DNA from: Candidatus Thalassarchaeum betae
GTDB taxonomy: Archaea; Thermoplasmatota; Poseidoniia; Poseidoniales; Thalassarchaeaceae
Direction of reading: 5' to 3'
NCBI GenBank assembly: GCA_003193925.1
Contig: PSPG01000006.1
Span: 9,750-73,749, forward strand
Length of the DNA: 64,000 nt
Shown here: one piece after another, positions 29,639 to 38,977 of the stretch
How positions within the stretch are numbered: the first letter of the stretch is position 1
Layout: each line of letters opens with the position of its first letter
Made by a program: the position numbers and the translations under genes
The notes under the pieces: model-generated
Database searches by the model: none
The model's input: the letters and a program-made list of their open reading frames with translations, nothing else
Told to the model about the DNA's origin: nothing

Positions 29639-29713
29639 GCGGGCATGGTCTAGTGGTTATGACAGCAGGTTCCCAACCTGCTAACCCGGGTTCAACTCCC
29701 GGTGTCCGCACCA
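29639..29713 (+). tRNA. tRNA-Gly (anticodon CCC), CCA encoded
   Basis: GCGGGCA/TG/GTCT..TGAC/GCAGG-TTCCCAA-CCTGC/CCGGG-TTCAACT-CCCGG/TGTCCGC-A-CCA. Confidence 0.85.
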
Positions 29714-29772
29714 TTCCGAACAACCCCGCCTTGAGCAACGCTAATCCGCGATTCGCGATTCGCACGCACGCA

Positions 29773-29847
29773 GGGCCCGTGGGTTAGCTTGGCCTATACT
29801 TGGCGCTTCGGGGGCGTTAGACCCCAGTTCAAATCTGGGCGGGCCCA
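29773..29847 (+). tRNA. tRNA, probably Pro (anticodon CGG), no encoded CCA
   Basis: Acceptor GGGCCCG/CGGGCCC and a T-arm CCCAG-TTCAAAT-CTGGG. The anticodon arm GGCGC-TTCGGGG-GCGTT gives CGG, but its two G-U pairs leave that assignment uncertain; the D-arm is irregular. Confidence 0.6.
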
Positions 29848-29866
29848 CTCCTATAGCGTCTGATCT

Positions 29867-31450
29867 TCAGTGGACCAGCACACTGCCCTCATCGGAATGG
29901 ACCAGAATCTCCCTCGTCGACAATCCGAGCATCTTCTTGGAAGCCAGCAGCCCGCTGTAGACCGCACCCATCACCCCATGAGACGTCGTCGAGGCGCCAC
30001 AGTGGTACAGACGGTCGATCTCGGTCCTTATCGGGAAGCCGAACGGACCGATCTGCCTTGCCGACTTAGCGGTCCCGTAGAGGTTGCCGCGATGCGAGTT
30101 CACATAGTACTCGTTGGTCAGCGGGGTGCCCAACTCGCAGAGCAGCAGATGGTCGCGCAGCCCCGGTATCAGTGGCTCGAGCATGTCCAGCATCCTTTCG
30201 GTCAAGTCGCGCTTGAACTCTTCGTACTCCTCCGAACGTTCCTCGGTCAGGGTTCCGAACCACGGCCTGAAGGCGTCGTACGAGACGAAGGTGAAGGCCT
30301 CCATCGTGTGTACTCCCTGCTTCCTGTTCGAGGGGTCCTTGAGAGTGGTGACGGTCAGGAATGCTCCCCTTATCGGGCCTGCATTGCCCAGATCCTCCTC
30401 CTCGGCGTAGCGGTAGATGCCGTCGATGTCAGCCTCCTTGCAGATCCAGTAGTTGCCCGAATCCAGCCCCATGGCCTCCAAGTCGAGGTCTGTGGCCATG
30501 AACAGACTCAGGCTGGAGACCGAGTACTCGGTTCTCCCCAGACGACGTAGCAGCTTCCCAGACAGGTGCTCGTCTCCGATCAGGTTGTGGTAGGTGACAT
30601 GTGCATCTGCGTTCGAGAGCACCATTTCAGCAAGGATCTCAGTGCCATCGGTCAGACGCACCCCCGTTGCCCGACAGCCATCCGGCCCATCTTCGAGTAG
30701 AATGCTCTCAACCTCGGTGCGCAGCCTGATCTCACCGCCCTTGGACCTCAACCTGCGAATGAATGCCTTCGGGAAGGCACCGCCTCCCCCCTTGGGATAC
30801 CAGCCCCCGTCCCAGTAGTGTGCATCGATGGCGATGTGCTGTGCAGCGGGAACGCGCTCCGGACTCATTCCATGGTCCCCGGAACGCGCCTCGAGTATGG
30901 TTATGAGGAACGGGTCACTGACGTACTTCCTGATTCTGCCTGATATCGGCCGCAGCCCTGTGAGGGCTAGCCAGGGTGCGACAAAGAGAGTCTTCAGAGG
31001 GGCAAGCGGACCGCGCACCCTCCTGCTCCGACTCATCTCCTCATCGATTCGCTGCATGTAGCGGAAGTACCGCTCGATTCCCCTGCGCTCGTGGGGGAAG
31101 CGCTCGCAGAGCCTCTCCCTGAAGGCAGGCATCCCCTTGGGTATGTCGAAACGCTCCTCGCCGACGAGGACGTGGTCGTAGCCGTCAGGGTTCAGCTCGT
31201 AGAACTCCATGTCCCCCCCGACTCCTAGCCCCTCTAGGATGGCTCGCATATCGCCTCCCTCCTGCAGACCACCTAGGTAGTGTACACCGGGGCTGAAGCG
31301 ATGCCCGTCGAGGGAGAAGGAATGCGTCCATCCTCCCGGCAGGTAGTGCTGTTCTAGCACGAGTACCCGCTTTCCCGAGTTGGCAAGAGCCACGGCCGCA
31401 GTCATACCACCGGCTCCCGAGCCGACCACTACGACGTCCCATCGCTCCAT
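29867..31450 (-). CDS. Phytoene-desaturase-family NAD(P)/FAD-dependent oxidoreductase (CrtI-like)
   Basis: VVVVGSGAGGMTAAVALANSGKRVLVLEQ dinucleotide-binding motif; 527 aa with CrtI/amine-oxidase-like topology. Confidence 0.75.
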   Translation of the reverse strand: MERWDVVVVGSGAGGMTAAVALANSGKRVLVLEQHYLPGGWTHSFSLDGHRFSPGVHYLGGLQEGGDMRAILEGLGVGGDMEFYELNPDGYDHVLVGEERFDIPKGMPAFRERLCERFPHERRGIERYFRYMQRIDEEMSRSRRVRGPLAPLKTLFVAPWLALTGLRPISGRIRKYVSDPFLITILEARSGDHGMSPERVPAAQHIAIDAHYWDGGWYPKGGGGAFPKAFIRRLRSKGGEIRLRTEVESILLEDGPDGCRATGVRLTDGTEILAEMVLSNADAHVTYHNLIGDEHLSGKLLRRLGRTEYSVSSLSLFMATDLDLEAMGLDSGNYWICKEADIDGIYRYAEEEDLGNAGPIRGAFLTVTTLKDPSNRKQGVHTMEAFTFVSYDAFRPWFGTLTEERSEEYEEFKRDLTERMLDMLEPLIPGLRDHLLLCELGTPLTNEYYVNSHRGNLYGTAKSARQIGPFGFPIRTEIDRLYHCGASTTSHGVMGAVYSGLLASKKMLGLSTREILVHSDEGSVLVH

Positions 31451-31482
31451 GCCGTTCTATGCTCCCCTCATTGGTCCAAACG

Positions 31483-32358
31483 TCATCGCTCGACCTTCTC
31501 GCCGCTGCTCCAGTCGTAGATTCCCTTGCCGGTCTTCTTGCCGAGGTCGCCCGCCTCGACCAGCCGGTCAAGCATCGGGTGAGGCCGGTACCTCTCGTCA
31601 CCAAATGCGTCCGCGAGGTTGTTGAGGATGTCCCTGCGGATGTCCAGGCCGACGAGGTCGCCCAACTCCAGTGGCCCCATCGGATGCCTGTAGCCCAAGC
31701 GCATCGCGGTATCGATGTCGCTGGCCGAGGCGACTCCGTCAGCGAGCATACGCATCGCTTCGTTGCCGAGCACGACACCGAGTCGGCTACTCGCGAAACC
31801 GGGAACGTCACGCACTAGAATAGTCGTTTTGCCCATCGCAGAACCGATTGATTGTGCGGCTGCGATGGTGTCTTCTGACACAGCGTCGTGGCGCACCAGT
31901 TCGAGCAGTTCCATGAGCGGGACTGGATTGAAGAAGTGCATCCCGATGACGCGCTCCGGGCAACCCGTCGCGCCGGCGATGTCCGAGATCGGCAGGCTTG
32001 AGGTGTTGGTGGCGAGCACCGCGTGACTCGGTGCGAGCCGCTCGAGCTCCGCGAAGATGCCCTGCTTGAGCTCCATGCTCTCGGGCACCGCCTCGATGAC
32101 GAGATCAGCGCCGGCCACAGCCTCGGCCAGGTCGCTGGCCGCATGCAGGTTATCTGACCACTCGGCCTTCTGATCGGGTGTGGTCTTGCCTCGCTCGATG
32201 CCCTTGTCCCAGAAGGCATCGATCGCCGCCATTCCCTTGGCCAGTCCCTCGGGGAAGGCGTCGTACAGCCGCGTCTCCCATCCTGTCTGGGCACAGACTT
32301 GGGCTATCCCAGCGCCCATAGTGCCGGCGCCGAGGACGGCAACGGCCCGGACCTCCAC
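31483..32358 (-). CDS. hbd: 3-hydroxyacyl-CoA / 3-hydroxybutyryl-CoA dehydrogenase
   Basis: [16 protein letters not shown], an NTSSL motif and a C-terminal dimerisation domain. Confidence 0.92.
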   Translation of the reverse strand: MEVRAVAVLGAGTMGAGIAQVCAQTGWETRLYDAFPEGLAKGMAAIDAFWDKGIERGKTTPDQKAEWSDNLHAASDLAEAVAGADLVIEAVPESMELKQGIFAELERLAPSHAVLATNTSSLPISDIAGATGCPERVIGMHFFNPVPLMELLELVRHDAVSEDTIAAAQSIGSAMGKTTILVRDVPGFASSRLGVVLGNEAMRMLADGVASASDIDTAMRLGYRHPMGPLELGDLVGLDIRRDILNNLADAFGDERYRPHPMLDRLVEAGDLGKKTGKGIYDWSSGEKVER

Positions 32359-32362
32359 TCAA

Positions 32363-32923
32363 TCACTCCCGGCCGTAGGCCGCGAGCGCGGCTTGGAACA
32401 GTCGCTGGCGTGGCACATCGTGCTCTAGGAAGCAGGTGAACGGCGCGACCTCCTTCAACAGCTCGATGGCGGTGACGTAGGCGCCGTAGACGAAGGGGTC
32501 TGCGACCTCGGTGGAGGGTATGTCGATGCCGAGTTTGGCCAGCCCCTTGCGGGAGTCCTCGTCCCAGATGGCGTAGGTGTGATGAGTGAAATGAAGATAG
32601 GCGGATAGCCTGCGGATGTCCGAGCGGGCCTTGTCGGTCAGGCTCTCTATGAGTAGGGTGTCAGGGTACCGGATCGCATACAGCGACAGCATGACCTCCC
32701 TCTGGGTCTCCTCGCGCCAGTCGCGCTTCTCCAGCCCCATCCAATCGTCGATCATGTCGAGCATCTGAGGCGTGTACGGCCTGCGGATCCGATAGAGCAG
32801 CCCCTCATACGAGTTCGCATCCTGCTCCTCAGAGTGGTGATGCTCGTGGAAGTACTCAGTCAGGCGGTCGAAGAAGGGCCTGCAGCGCTCCTTGTCGAAC
32901 GAGGTGAGGGCTATGTGCTGCAT
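32363..32923 (-). CDS. Hypothetical protein, possibly an accessory subunit of the adjacent diiron oxygenase
   Basis: 186 aa with a His-rich segment (FHEHHHSEE). Its start lies 20 bp from the PaaA/BoxB-like gene. No recognised domain. Confidence 0.4.
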   Translation of the reverse strand: MQHIALTSFDKERCRPFFDRLTEYFHEHHHSEEQDANSYEGLLYRIRRPYTPQMLDMIDDWMGLEKRDWREETQREVMLSLYAIRYPDTLLIESLTDKARSDIRRLSAYLHFTHHTYAIWDEDSRKGLAKLGIDIPSTEVADPFVYGAYVTAIELLKEVAPFTCFLEHDVPRQRLFQAALAAYGRE

Positions 32924-32942
32924 GGCGAGGACCCCGGGTGGT

Positions 32943-34085
32943 TCACTCTCCCTTCCACTCTCGGTACTGGATCCATTCCTGTTGCATGTACTCGTTCACC
33001 AGGCGCTCCTCTTCCTCATCTGACGGCATGACCTCAATGAGGTACTCCTCCCAAGCGGCCTCATCGCCCTCGAATGGCTCGCCGTGAACGGTATACCTCT
33101 GTCCGGCGTACTTGCCGATTTCACGGTTGAACCTGTCCGAGGGGACGTAGAGGTCTGGCTCGCCCTTCTTGCGCACCTTGCTGATTCGCCGCATCTCGTC
33201 GCACAGCTCCTGGTAGTACAACTCGCGGCTGGCCTCGTTCAGGTGCTCCCTGTCCGCAGCCCCCTGCGCCTCGCGCTCGTCGTAGCGCCCCTTGATCCCG
33301 TATACATAGGCCCACTGGGCACTGGTCGATTCGTCCGTGCCGAACAGGTCGAGGCCGGTGCTGGCCCACTTGTTGACGTACTTCTGGATTAGGGCGCACG
33401 GGATCGCTCCCTGCTTGACGATCCGGCGTAGGCCGTTCGCCCCCGTCCCGAGGTGGAACGACTCCTCCTTGAGCATCGGGCCCATGCTCGCTGCGAGAGG
33501 CTTGAACGAGGAAGTGCTGAGCATCTTCAGCTGGTACTTGCCGTCGCGGTCGATGAAGTGAGTGAACATGAAGAAGTCCAGCCAGTGGTCTATAGGCTCG
33601 TTGAACGAGCCTAGGACCCTGGTGCCCTCCTGTGCGTTGCGCTCGAGCAGCTTGGCAGCCTCACGGACGCCCCGCTCGCCGAAGAAGGTGCACAGCAGAT
33701 AGGCCATCTGCCAGCCGTGGCGCTGCTCCTCGCACATGATGCGCAGCGCCGACTTACGGTCGTACTCGGTCGGGGCGGAAGCGAGAAGGTGGTTCTGCTG
33801 CTCGACTGAGGCGAACTCGGTGTCGCCCTGGACGCTGACCATGTTGATGATCGCGTCACGGATGGTCTGCTGGGGGATATGCATTCCACGCTCCCATTTG
33901 GGCTTGCCCTCGAAGTCCCCGAACTCGATCTGGCTGCCTGCGGTGTCCCAGTCGAACTTGATGTCGAAGCGGTAGTCGCCCAGCCACGATGGGTCGAAGC
34001 CGATTCTGGTTTGCCACTCGCTGAAATCCTGAATCCACACCTCGAAGTTCTGTGTGTAATCCTGCACAATCTCACCGTCGGCCAT
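32943..34085 (-). CDS. Ferritin-like diiron oxygenase, PaaA/BoxB family (acyl-CoA ring epoxidase-like)
   Basis: Two E...ExxH diiron motifs (MCEEQRH, KEESFH) about 100 aa apart, with an acidic C-terminal tail. Confidence 0.6.
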   Translation of the reverse strand: MADGEIVQDYTQNFEVWIQDFSEWQTRIGFDPSWLGDYRFDIKFDWDTAGSQIEFGDFEGKPKWERGMHIPQQTIRDAIINMVSVQGDTEFASVEQQNHLLASAPTEYDRKSALRIMCEEQRHGWQMAYLLCTFFGERGVREAAKLLERNAQEGTRVLGSFNEPIDHWLDFFMFTHFIDRDGKYQLKMLSTSSFKPLAASMGPMLKEESFHLGTGANGLRRIVKQGAIPCALIQKYVNKWASTGLDLFGTDESTSAQWAYVYGIKGRYDEREAQGAADREHLNEASRELYYQELCDEMRRISKVRKKGEPDLYVPSDRFNREIGKYAGQRYTVHGEPFEGDEAAWEEYLIEVMPSDEEEERLVNEYMQQEWIQYREWKGE

Positions 34086-34157
34086 GCACCAACGGCACTG
34101 ATAACAGGTATATCAAACGCTGTATCAGAGATTCGCACTCTTTAGAGTGCGATTCGC

Positions 34158-35048
34158 TCAATTACCCTCGAATTCGGGAACTTCCCTCTTGACGTAGGCC
34201 GCGATCCCCTTCTTCGCATCGCCGCTCTGGAACAGATCCGACTGCAGCTCCCTCTCGAGGGCCAGGTGGTACTCCAGCGGTATCTCCATACCGCTCTGGA
34301 CGCTTCGCTTGATGTTCCCTATTGCCTTGCTGGCAGCGTAGGGCAGAGTGAACTGCCCGGCGTAGTCCATGACGTCCTGGCGAAACTCTTCGAGGCTGCC
34401 GGCCCAGACATCGTGGACGAGGGACATCTCCTTGGCTTCCTCGTAGGAGAACTTGCGACCGGTCACCATGATCTCCATCGCCTTCGCCTTGCCGACTAGT
34501 CGGGAGAGGCGTGCGGTGCCGCCGGTTCCGGCGAGCACGCCGAGGGAGACCTCGGGCAGGCCGACCTGACCAGAGTCCTTGCGGCCGATTCGGATGTCGG
34601 CGGCCATAGCGATCTCCAGACCGCCGCCGACCGCGTGGCCGTTGAGGGCGGCAATGACGAGCTTGGGAGTCTGCTCGAGCCTGCTGAGGGTCTCATTGGC
34701 ATGCAGGCAGAAGAAGTACTTGAAGCCGGGAGTGACCGAGTCGAGCATGCTGATGCTGGCACCCGCAGAGAAGAACTTCTCGCCGTGCCCGGTCATCACT
34801 ATCACGGTGACGTCATCGTCGAAGCGAGAGCGCAGCACAGCCTCGTCGATGTCCCTCATCATGGCGTGGGTGTAGAGGTTGACCGAGGTCTTGCCTTCGA
34901 CCAGGGGCTCACCCTCTGAATCGGAGCATAGTTCGATGACGGCGATTCCGTTGGCCGTCACTCCGTAGTTCACCAGGTTGTTCGGCATCGGCTCCAGTTC
35001 TGGCCAAGAGGTCATGCTCGCGCCACCGAGGGCCGCCATATCAATCAA
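34158..35048 (-). CDS. Enoyl-CoA hydratase/isomerase family protein
   Basis: FFSAGASI, ALNGHAVGGGLEIAMAAD and GLPEVSLGVLAGTGGT crotonase motifs. Confidence 0.88.
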   Translation of the reverse strand: MIDMAALGGASMTSWPELEPMPNNLVNYGVTANGIAVIELCSDSEGEPLVEGKTSVNLYTHAMMRDIDEAVLRSRFDDDVTVIVMTGHGEKFFSAGASISMLDSVTPGFKYFFCLHANETLSRLEQTPKLVIAALNGHAVGGGLEIAMAADIRIGRKDSGQVGLPEVSLGVLAGTGGTARLSRLVGKAKAMEIMVTGRKFSYEEAKEMSLVHDVWAGSLEEFRQDVMDYAGQFTLPYAASKAIGNIKRSVQSGMEIPLEYHLALERELQSDLFQSGDAKKGIAAYVKREVPEFEGN

Positions 35049-35068
35049 ACGGGCCCAGAGGACGCCTT

Positions 35069-36349
35069 CTAGGCGTCACTCTCGCCGAACGAGGTCTTGA
35101 CCCCGCTCCTGCGGATCGCGTCCCACTGAGCACCGATTTCGACGGCGCGGACGCTGGGCTCCCAAATGTCACGGCTCAGCGACTTCCTGAACGGCATGCG
35201 GTACACGGTCCTCCCGTCGGCCAGCCGCTTGCGACGGAGCATCCCAAGTTTCACTATCGGCCAGAGCAGACTCCAGACGATTCCCGGCTTGTACAGCCAC
35301 CTCATGAAGGCCAGACCGTCCCCCTTCTTCTCTTGGTCGCGCATCCAGTGGTTGGCTACCATCTTGAAGCCGCGGTCTCCGACCCGATTCATCAGGAAGC
35401 GATTGATCGCACTGGTCCTGACGAGAGGAACGAGGCGACCACGGACCTCGGTCTCGTAGTCGCACTCGCCTAGGATCGACTTGGCGGCGAGCACGCCGCT
35501 GGTGATCGCGTATCTCATCCCGAAGCCCCACATGCAATCCTGCAGCCCGCCGGCCTCGCCGACGTAGTACCGCCCCTCATGGACGTACTTGTTCGGCTGC
35601 GCGAAGTCGCCCTTGCCGCCGACCCTCTTGATGGGTCTGCGGTTGAGCACGTAGCGCTGCTCGTACCAAGCGATGGTCTCGTTGAGGTAGCGGGAACTCT
35701 TACTCTGCTGGCGCCACAGGCACGTGCAGATCAGTCCGATGCCGTCGATGACGATGAGGTAGGTGTACGCCCCTGGTCCCAGTTTGTCGTTGAGCTGGAA
35801 GCTAACCTGGTTGGGATGGTCGGTGTGAAAGATCTCCCCGTACGCCACCGCGCTCGTCTCCTTCGGGCCTGCGGCGATGATATGGCAGTCCCCGGGCTCC
35901 CTCCGAGTGTCGTAGTGGATCTCGGCCCCCGCCTCCACCGCCATCCGCTTGAAGCCCTGGTCGATGCAGTGCTCGTCCGTCCCACGCTCGACGACGCGGA
36001 ATGCGATTCCCTCGGTGTGGACATTGGTGATCACATCGTCCGGGTGTATTAGGTCGACACCGTTGAACGCGTCTGACTTGAATTCCTCCGGGTCGAAGCC
36101 CCACTCGCGCATCTCGTCGAAGAAGTCCCGCTCGCTGGTCCAGTTCTCGATTCCCTGGAAATCACCGTCGAACCGAGCTCCGCTGTCGCTGCGTATCTCG
36201 TGGACGTGAACTTCGTGGCCGGCCTTAGCCAGATAGGTGGCAGCGGCGAGGCCCGAGAGACCTCCGCCGAGGACGTGGATGGGCTCCTCACTCACGGTAA
36301 TGCTACCGAACACCCCCGCTTGAACGGTTGGGTGTGCCGTCGCGTTCAA
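35069..36349 (-). CDS. FAD-dependent oxidoreductase, geranylgeranyl-reductase-like
   Basis: HVLGGGLSGLAAATYLAKAG FAD motif; about 426 aa of flavin monooxygenase/GGR-like architecture. Functional assignment is tentative. Confidence 0.5.
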   Translation of the reverse strand: MNATAHPTVQAGVFGSITVSEEPIHVLGGGLSGLAAATYLAKAGHEVHVHEIRSDSGARFDGDFQGIENWTSERDFFDEMREWGFDPEEFKSDAFNGVDLIHPDDVITNVHTEGIAFRVVERGTDEHCIDQGFKRMAVEAGAEIHYDTRREPGDCHIIAAGPKETSAVAYGEIFHTDHPNQVSFQLNDKLGPGAYTYLIVIDGIGLICTCLWRQQSKSSRYLNETIAWYEQRYVLNRRPIKRVGGKGDFAQPNKYVHEGRYYVGEAGGLQDCMWGFGMRYAITSGVLAAKSILGECDYETEVRGRLVPLVRTSAINRFLMNRVGDRGFKMVANHWMRDQEKKGDGLAFMRWLYKPGIVWSLLWPIVKLGMLRRKRLADGRTVYRMPFRKSLSRDIWEPSVRAVEIGAQWDAIRRSGVKTSFGESDA

Positions 36350-36372
36350 GCGGCGGACCCCGATGGCACGGC

Positions 36373-36795
36373 ATGCACCGCATACACGTGCGCATCGAGC
36401 CGGAGCGACTAGACCCGGAGGAGCTGCGCGAGCTGGTCGACTCGGATGGCTGCGGCAGCGTGGTCACCTTCGTCGGGCTTACTCGTGGCGAGGACAACGG
36501 AGTGACCGTTGAGAGACTCGAGTTCGATGCTTGGGAGGAGCGCCTACCAACGGTCCTCGAGGAACTCGCCGAGCAGGCATTCGGCCAGTTCGGCGTGAGT
36601 TCCGTGGTACTTGCTCACCGGACCGGCTCGGTCGGGCCAGGTGAGCCCATCGTGTGCATCCACGTCGGCTCGGCCCACCGAGCTGAGGGCTTCGAGGCCT
36701 GCAGTTGGCTCATTGACGAACTGAAGCGCCAGGCGCCGCTATGGAAGAAGGAGATCCGCGCCGACGGAGAGGTCTGGAAGGCAGGACTCGGCTGA
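36373..36795 (+). CDS. moaE: Molybdopterin synthase catalytic subunit
   Basis: HRTGSVGPGEPIVCIHVGSAHRAEGFEACSWLIDELKRQAPLWKKE matches the MoaE core. Start taken at MHRIHV. Confidence 0.85.
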   Translation: MHRIHVRIEPERLDPEELRELVDSDGCGSVVTFVGLTRGEDNGVTVERLEFDAWEERLPTVLEELAEQAFGQFGVSSVVLAHRTGSVGPGEPIVCIHVGSAHRAEGFEACSWLIDELKRQAPLWKKEIRADGEVWKAGLG

Positions 36796-38142
36796 TCATC
36801 TCGCGTCCATGGCCCCGCTCACGCTGGCGACGGCCTCGGGCACGTTCGCCGCGATCCCCTCGACCATCATCCAGCCGTGTCCCTTCACGCCGTCGCCGAC
36901 TAGACGGACTCCCTCCACGCCGATGTCCGAGGGCAGCTCAGCGCCTTGCGGGGCACGGTTGCACGGCCAGTTTCGGTGGTAGGTGTGCACGCACAACTCC
37001 TCACCGTGGTCGGCAAGCCAGGGAATCGCATCGTGGAGATCCTCGCGACCCTTGTCGATCTCGGACTTGACGCTCGGGTCGGGGACGTGCTGGTGTGTGA
37101 TCATCATGTGCTTGCCCTCGGGGGCCAGACTCGGCTCTGAGAAGGTAGGGAGAACGTAACCACCGACCCTCTCGAGATTTGGCAGCATGGTGACGCCGCT
37201 GCTGCGATGCGGGATGTCGTCGTCCAGGGCGAACACGAATCCGATTCCGCCGACCGCCTGAGTGTTGCGCACTTGCTCTCTGACTCCAGCGGCGACCTCG
37301 AAGTCGTCTGAGAGCGCCGCCAGAAGGTTCGGATGGCCGCCGTTGTGGATGATCGAGTCGGCGCCGACCCAGATCCCCTCTTGGCGCCCCCTGCGCCTCA
37401 CACCTATGCAGAACCGATTGCCCTTGGTCGACTCCTCAGCGTCACCGGGGAGTATCTCGGTCACCTCGTTGGAGAGTTTCACTCGAGCGCCATTCTCCCT
37501 TAGATCCGCGCGCAGACCGTTTATCACGCCCTTGCACCCGCCCTTGGGGACTGCTGGCCTGTCGCTCCAGAACGAGTTCTGCAGCATCTTGACGACGGTA
37601 GAGGCAGGCATCTGGTCGAATCTCAGGCTGATCGCGAAGTTGGCGAAGGCATCGGCAAAGTCGACGAACTCCTCGGAGAACCTCTTTGACATCCATGTTC
37701 TCCCATCCTCAGTCTCATCACCCCACGGGTGATTGGCACGCTTCAGCAGCAGCCTCGGGAGATTGAGGGTGTCCCTGACTGAGAACCAGGGGAGTATGCC
37801 GTATACCGAGTTCGCCTCCTGTAGCTTACCGTCTTTCATCCGGCATGCGAACTTGGTGGTCGGGAGGAACTCCACCCCATGCCGACCGAGATCCAGACCT
37901 CCCGAGATTTTCTTGCCCAGCAGGAGTTTGGCGAAAGGACCCTTGCGACCGTGCGGGATCATGTGGACGGCGCCGGTGGGAATCTGGAAGCCGTCGTGGT
38001 CGTGCTGGGTGAACCTGCCACCGGCGAAGGACATCCTGTCGTACACCGTGACATCGTACTTCTGTGTCTGCGCGAGGCAGGCTGCGGAGGCCAGTCCTCC
38101 GACGCCCGCGCCGATTACCACGGCCTTGGGCTTCTCGCTCAT
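36796..38142 (-). CDS. Phytoene-desaturase-family FAD-dependent oxidoreductase (CrtI-like)
   Basis: KAVVIGAGVGGLASAACLAQ dinucleotide-binding motif; 448 aa with CrtI-like topology. Confidence 0.7.
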   Translation of the reverse strand: MSEKPKAVVIGAGVGGLASAACLAQTQKYDVTVYDRMSFAGGRFTQHDHDGFQIPTGAVHMIPHGRKGPFAKLLLGKKISGGLDLGRHGVEFLPTTKFACRMKDGKLQEANSVYGILPWFSVRDTLNLPRLLLKRANHPWGDETEDGRTWMSKRFSEEFVDFADAFANFAISLRFDQMPASTVVKMLQNSFWSDRPAVPKGGCKGVINGLRADLRENGARVKLSNEVTEILPGDAEESTKGNRFCIGVRRRGRQEGIWVGADSIIHNGGHPNLLAALSDDFEVAAGVREQVRNTQAVGGIGFVFALDDDIPHRSSGVTMLPNLERVGGYVLPTFSEPSLAPEGKHMMITHQHVPDPSVKSEIDKGREDLHDAIPWLADHGEELCVHTYHRNWPCNRAPQGAELPSDIGVEGVRLVGDGVKGHGWMMVEGIAANVPEAVASVSGAMDAR

Positions 38143-38151
38143 CGGGGCACC

Positions 38152-38412
38152 TCAGGAGTAGACGAGGGCACCGGTCGGACACCACAGCAGGCACCTCAAG
38201 CAGTCCGTGCAGTTATCGTCGATGACTTCGCACAGGCCCTCGACGATCAGCGCATCGTCCTTGCATGCCATCAGGCAGTACGAGCAGCCCACGCAGAGCT
38301 CGTCGATGACCTGTAGTTTGACGCCTTCCTTGGCCGGTCTGTCGTGCGAGAGGCCCGAGACAAGTTCGGGCACCGTGCCCGGAGTCGCCTTCTTCCGGAA
38401 CGCCTCGGCCAT
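38152..38412 (-). CDS. 4Fe-4S dicluster ferredoxin
   Basis: CVGCSYCLMAC and CTDCLRCLLWCP (2x CxxCxxCxxxC) in about 86 aa from MAEAFRK. The ORF track's longer N-terminus overlaps moaC on the opposite strand and is probably spurious. Confidence 0.75.
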   Translation of the reverse strand: MAEAFRKKATPGTVPELVSGLSHDRPAKEGVKLQVIDELCVGCSYCLMACKDDALIVEGLCEVIDDNCTDCLRCLLWCPTGALVYS

Positions 38413-38518
38413 GCAGGCCCATTTCGCCCTCCATATTTCAGTTCGATGCAGTCCCGCCGCCGGTCTGAATAGGGATGATGCCCTCGGCGAGGTGCGCGCA
38501 AAGGCGGATGGTGCTGGT

Positions 38519-38977
38519 ATGGAGGAGTCCTGGACCGGAATCGTGGATGTCGGCTCGAAGCCGGTGGTTGCGCGCGAGGCCGTGGCCACGGGGCTGCTGG
38601 TGCTCTCGAACGAGGGCATCGACGTCGTCGCAAACGGGCGCTCGCCCAAGGGAGATGTCCGCGAGGCCTCAACGGTAGCAGTCATCCAGGCCGTCAAGGA
38701 GACCCCCCGCACTCTGCCTCACTGCCATCCCATACCTATCGAGGGCTGCACTGTCGACTGGAAGGTCGAGGACAACGGCCTGCGTTGCACCGTCTCGGTG
38801 CGTACCCACTGGACCACCGGCGTCGAGATGGAGGCGCTGTGCGGAGTCAATGCGGGCTTGTTGTGCGCTTGGGACATGCTCAAGCCGATCGAGAAGGACG
38901 CTGACGGGCAGTATCCCATCTCCAAGATCGAGGACGTCCGGGTCCTGCGTAAGAGCAAGGGCGACCCGCATGATTGA
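38519..38977 (+). CDS. moaC: Cyclic pyranopterin monophosphate synthase accessory protein
   Basis: VDVGSKPVVAREAVA and TGVEMEAL...LLCAWDMLKP conserved MoaC core, about 152 aa from the ATG at 38519. Confidence 0.85.
   Translation: MEESWTGIVDVGSKPVVAREAVATGLLVLSNEGIDVVANGRSPKGDVREASTVAVIQAVKETPRTLPHCHPIPIEGCTVDWKVEDNGLRCTVSVRTHWTTGVEMEALCGVNAGLLCAWDMLKPIEKDADGQYPISKIEDVRVLRKSKGDPHD

Noticed and set aside
29714-29772. Possible C/D-box sRNA between the two tRNAs
   Set aside because: No RUGAUGA/CUGA box pairs; the spacer contains only a short CGCGATTCG direct duplication.
38207-38518. N-terminal 104-aa extension of the moaC ORF (and the matching N-terminal extension of the ferredoxin ORF, 38413-38712)
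   Set aside because: The two extensions overlap each other on opposite strands. Homology-supported cores start at the ATG at 38519 (MoaC) and MAEAFRK (ferredoxin), leaving a sensible divergent promoter.
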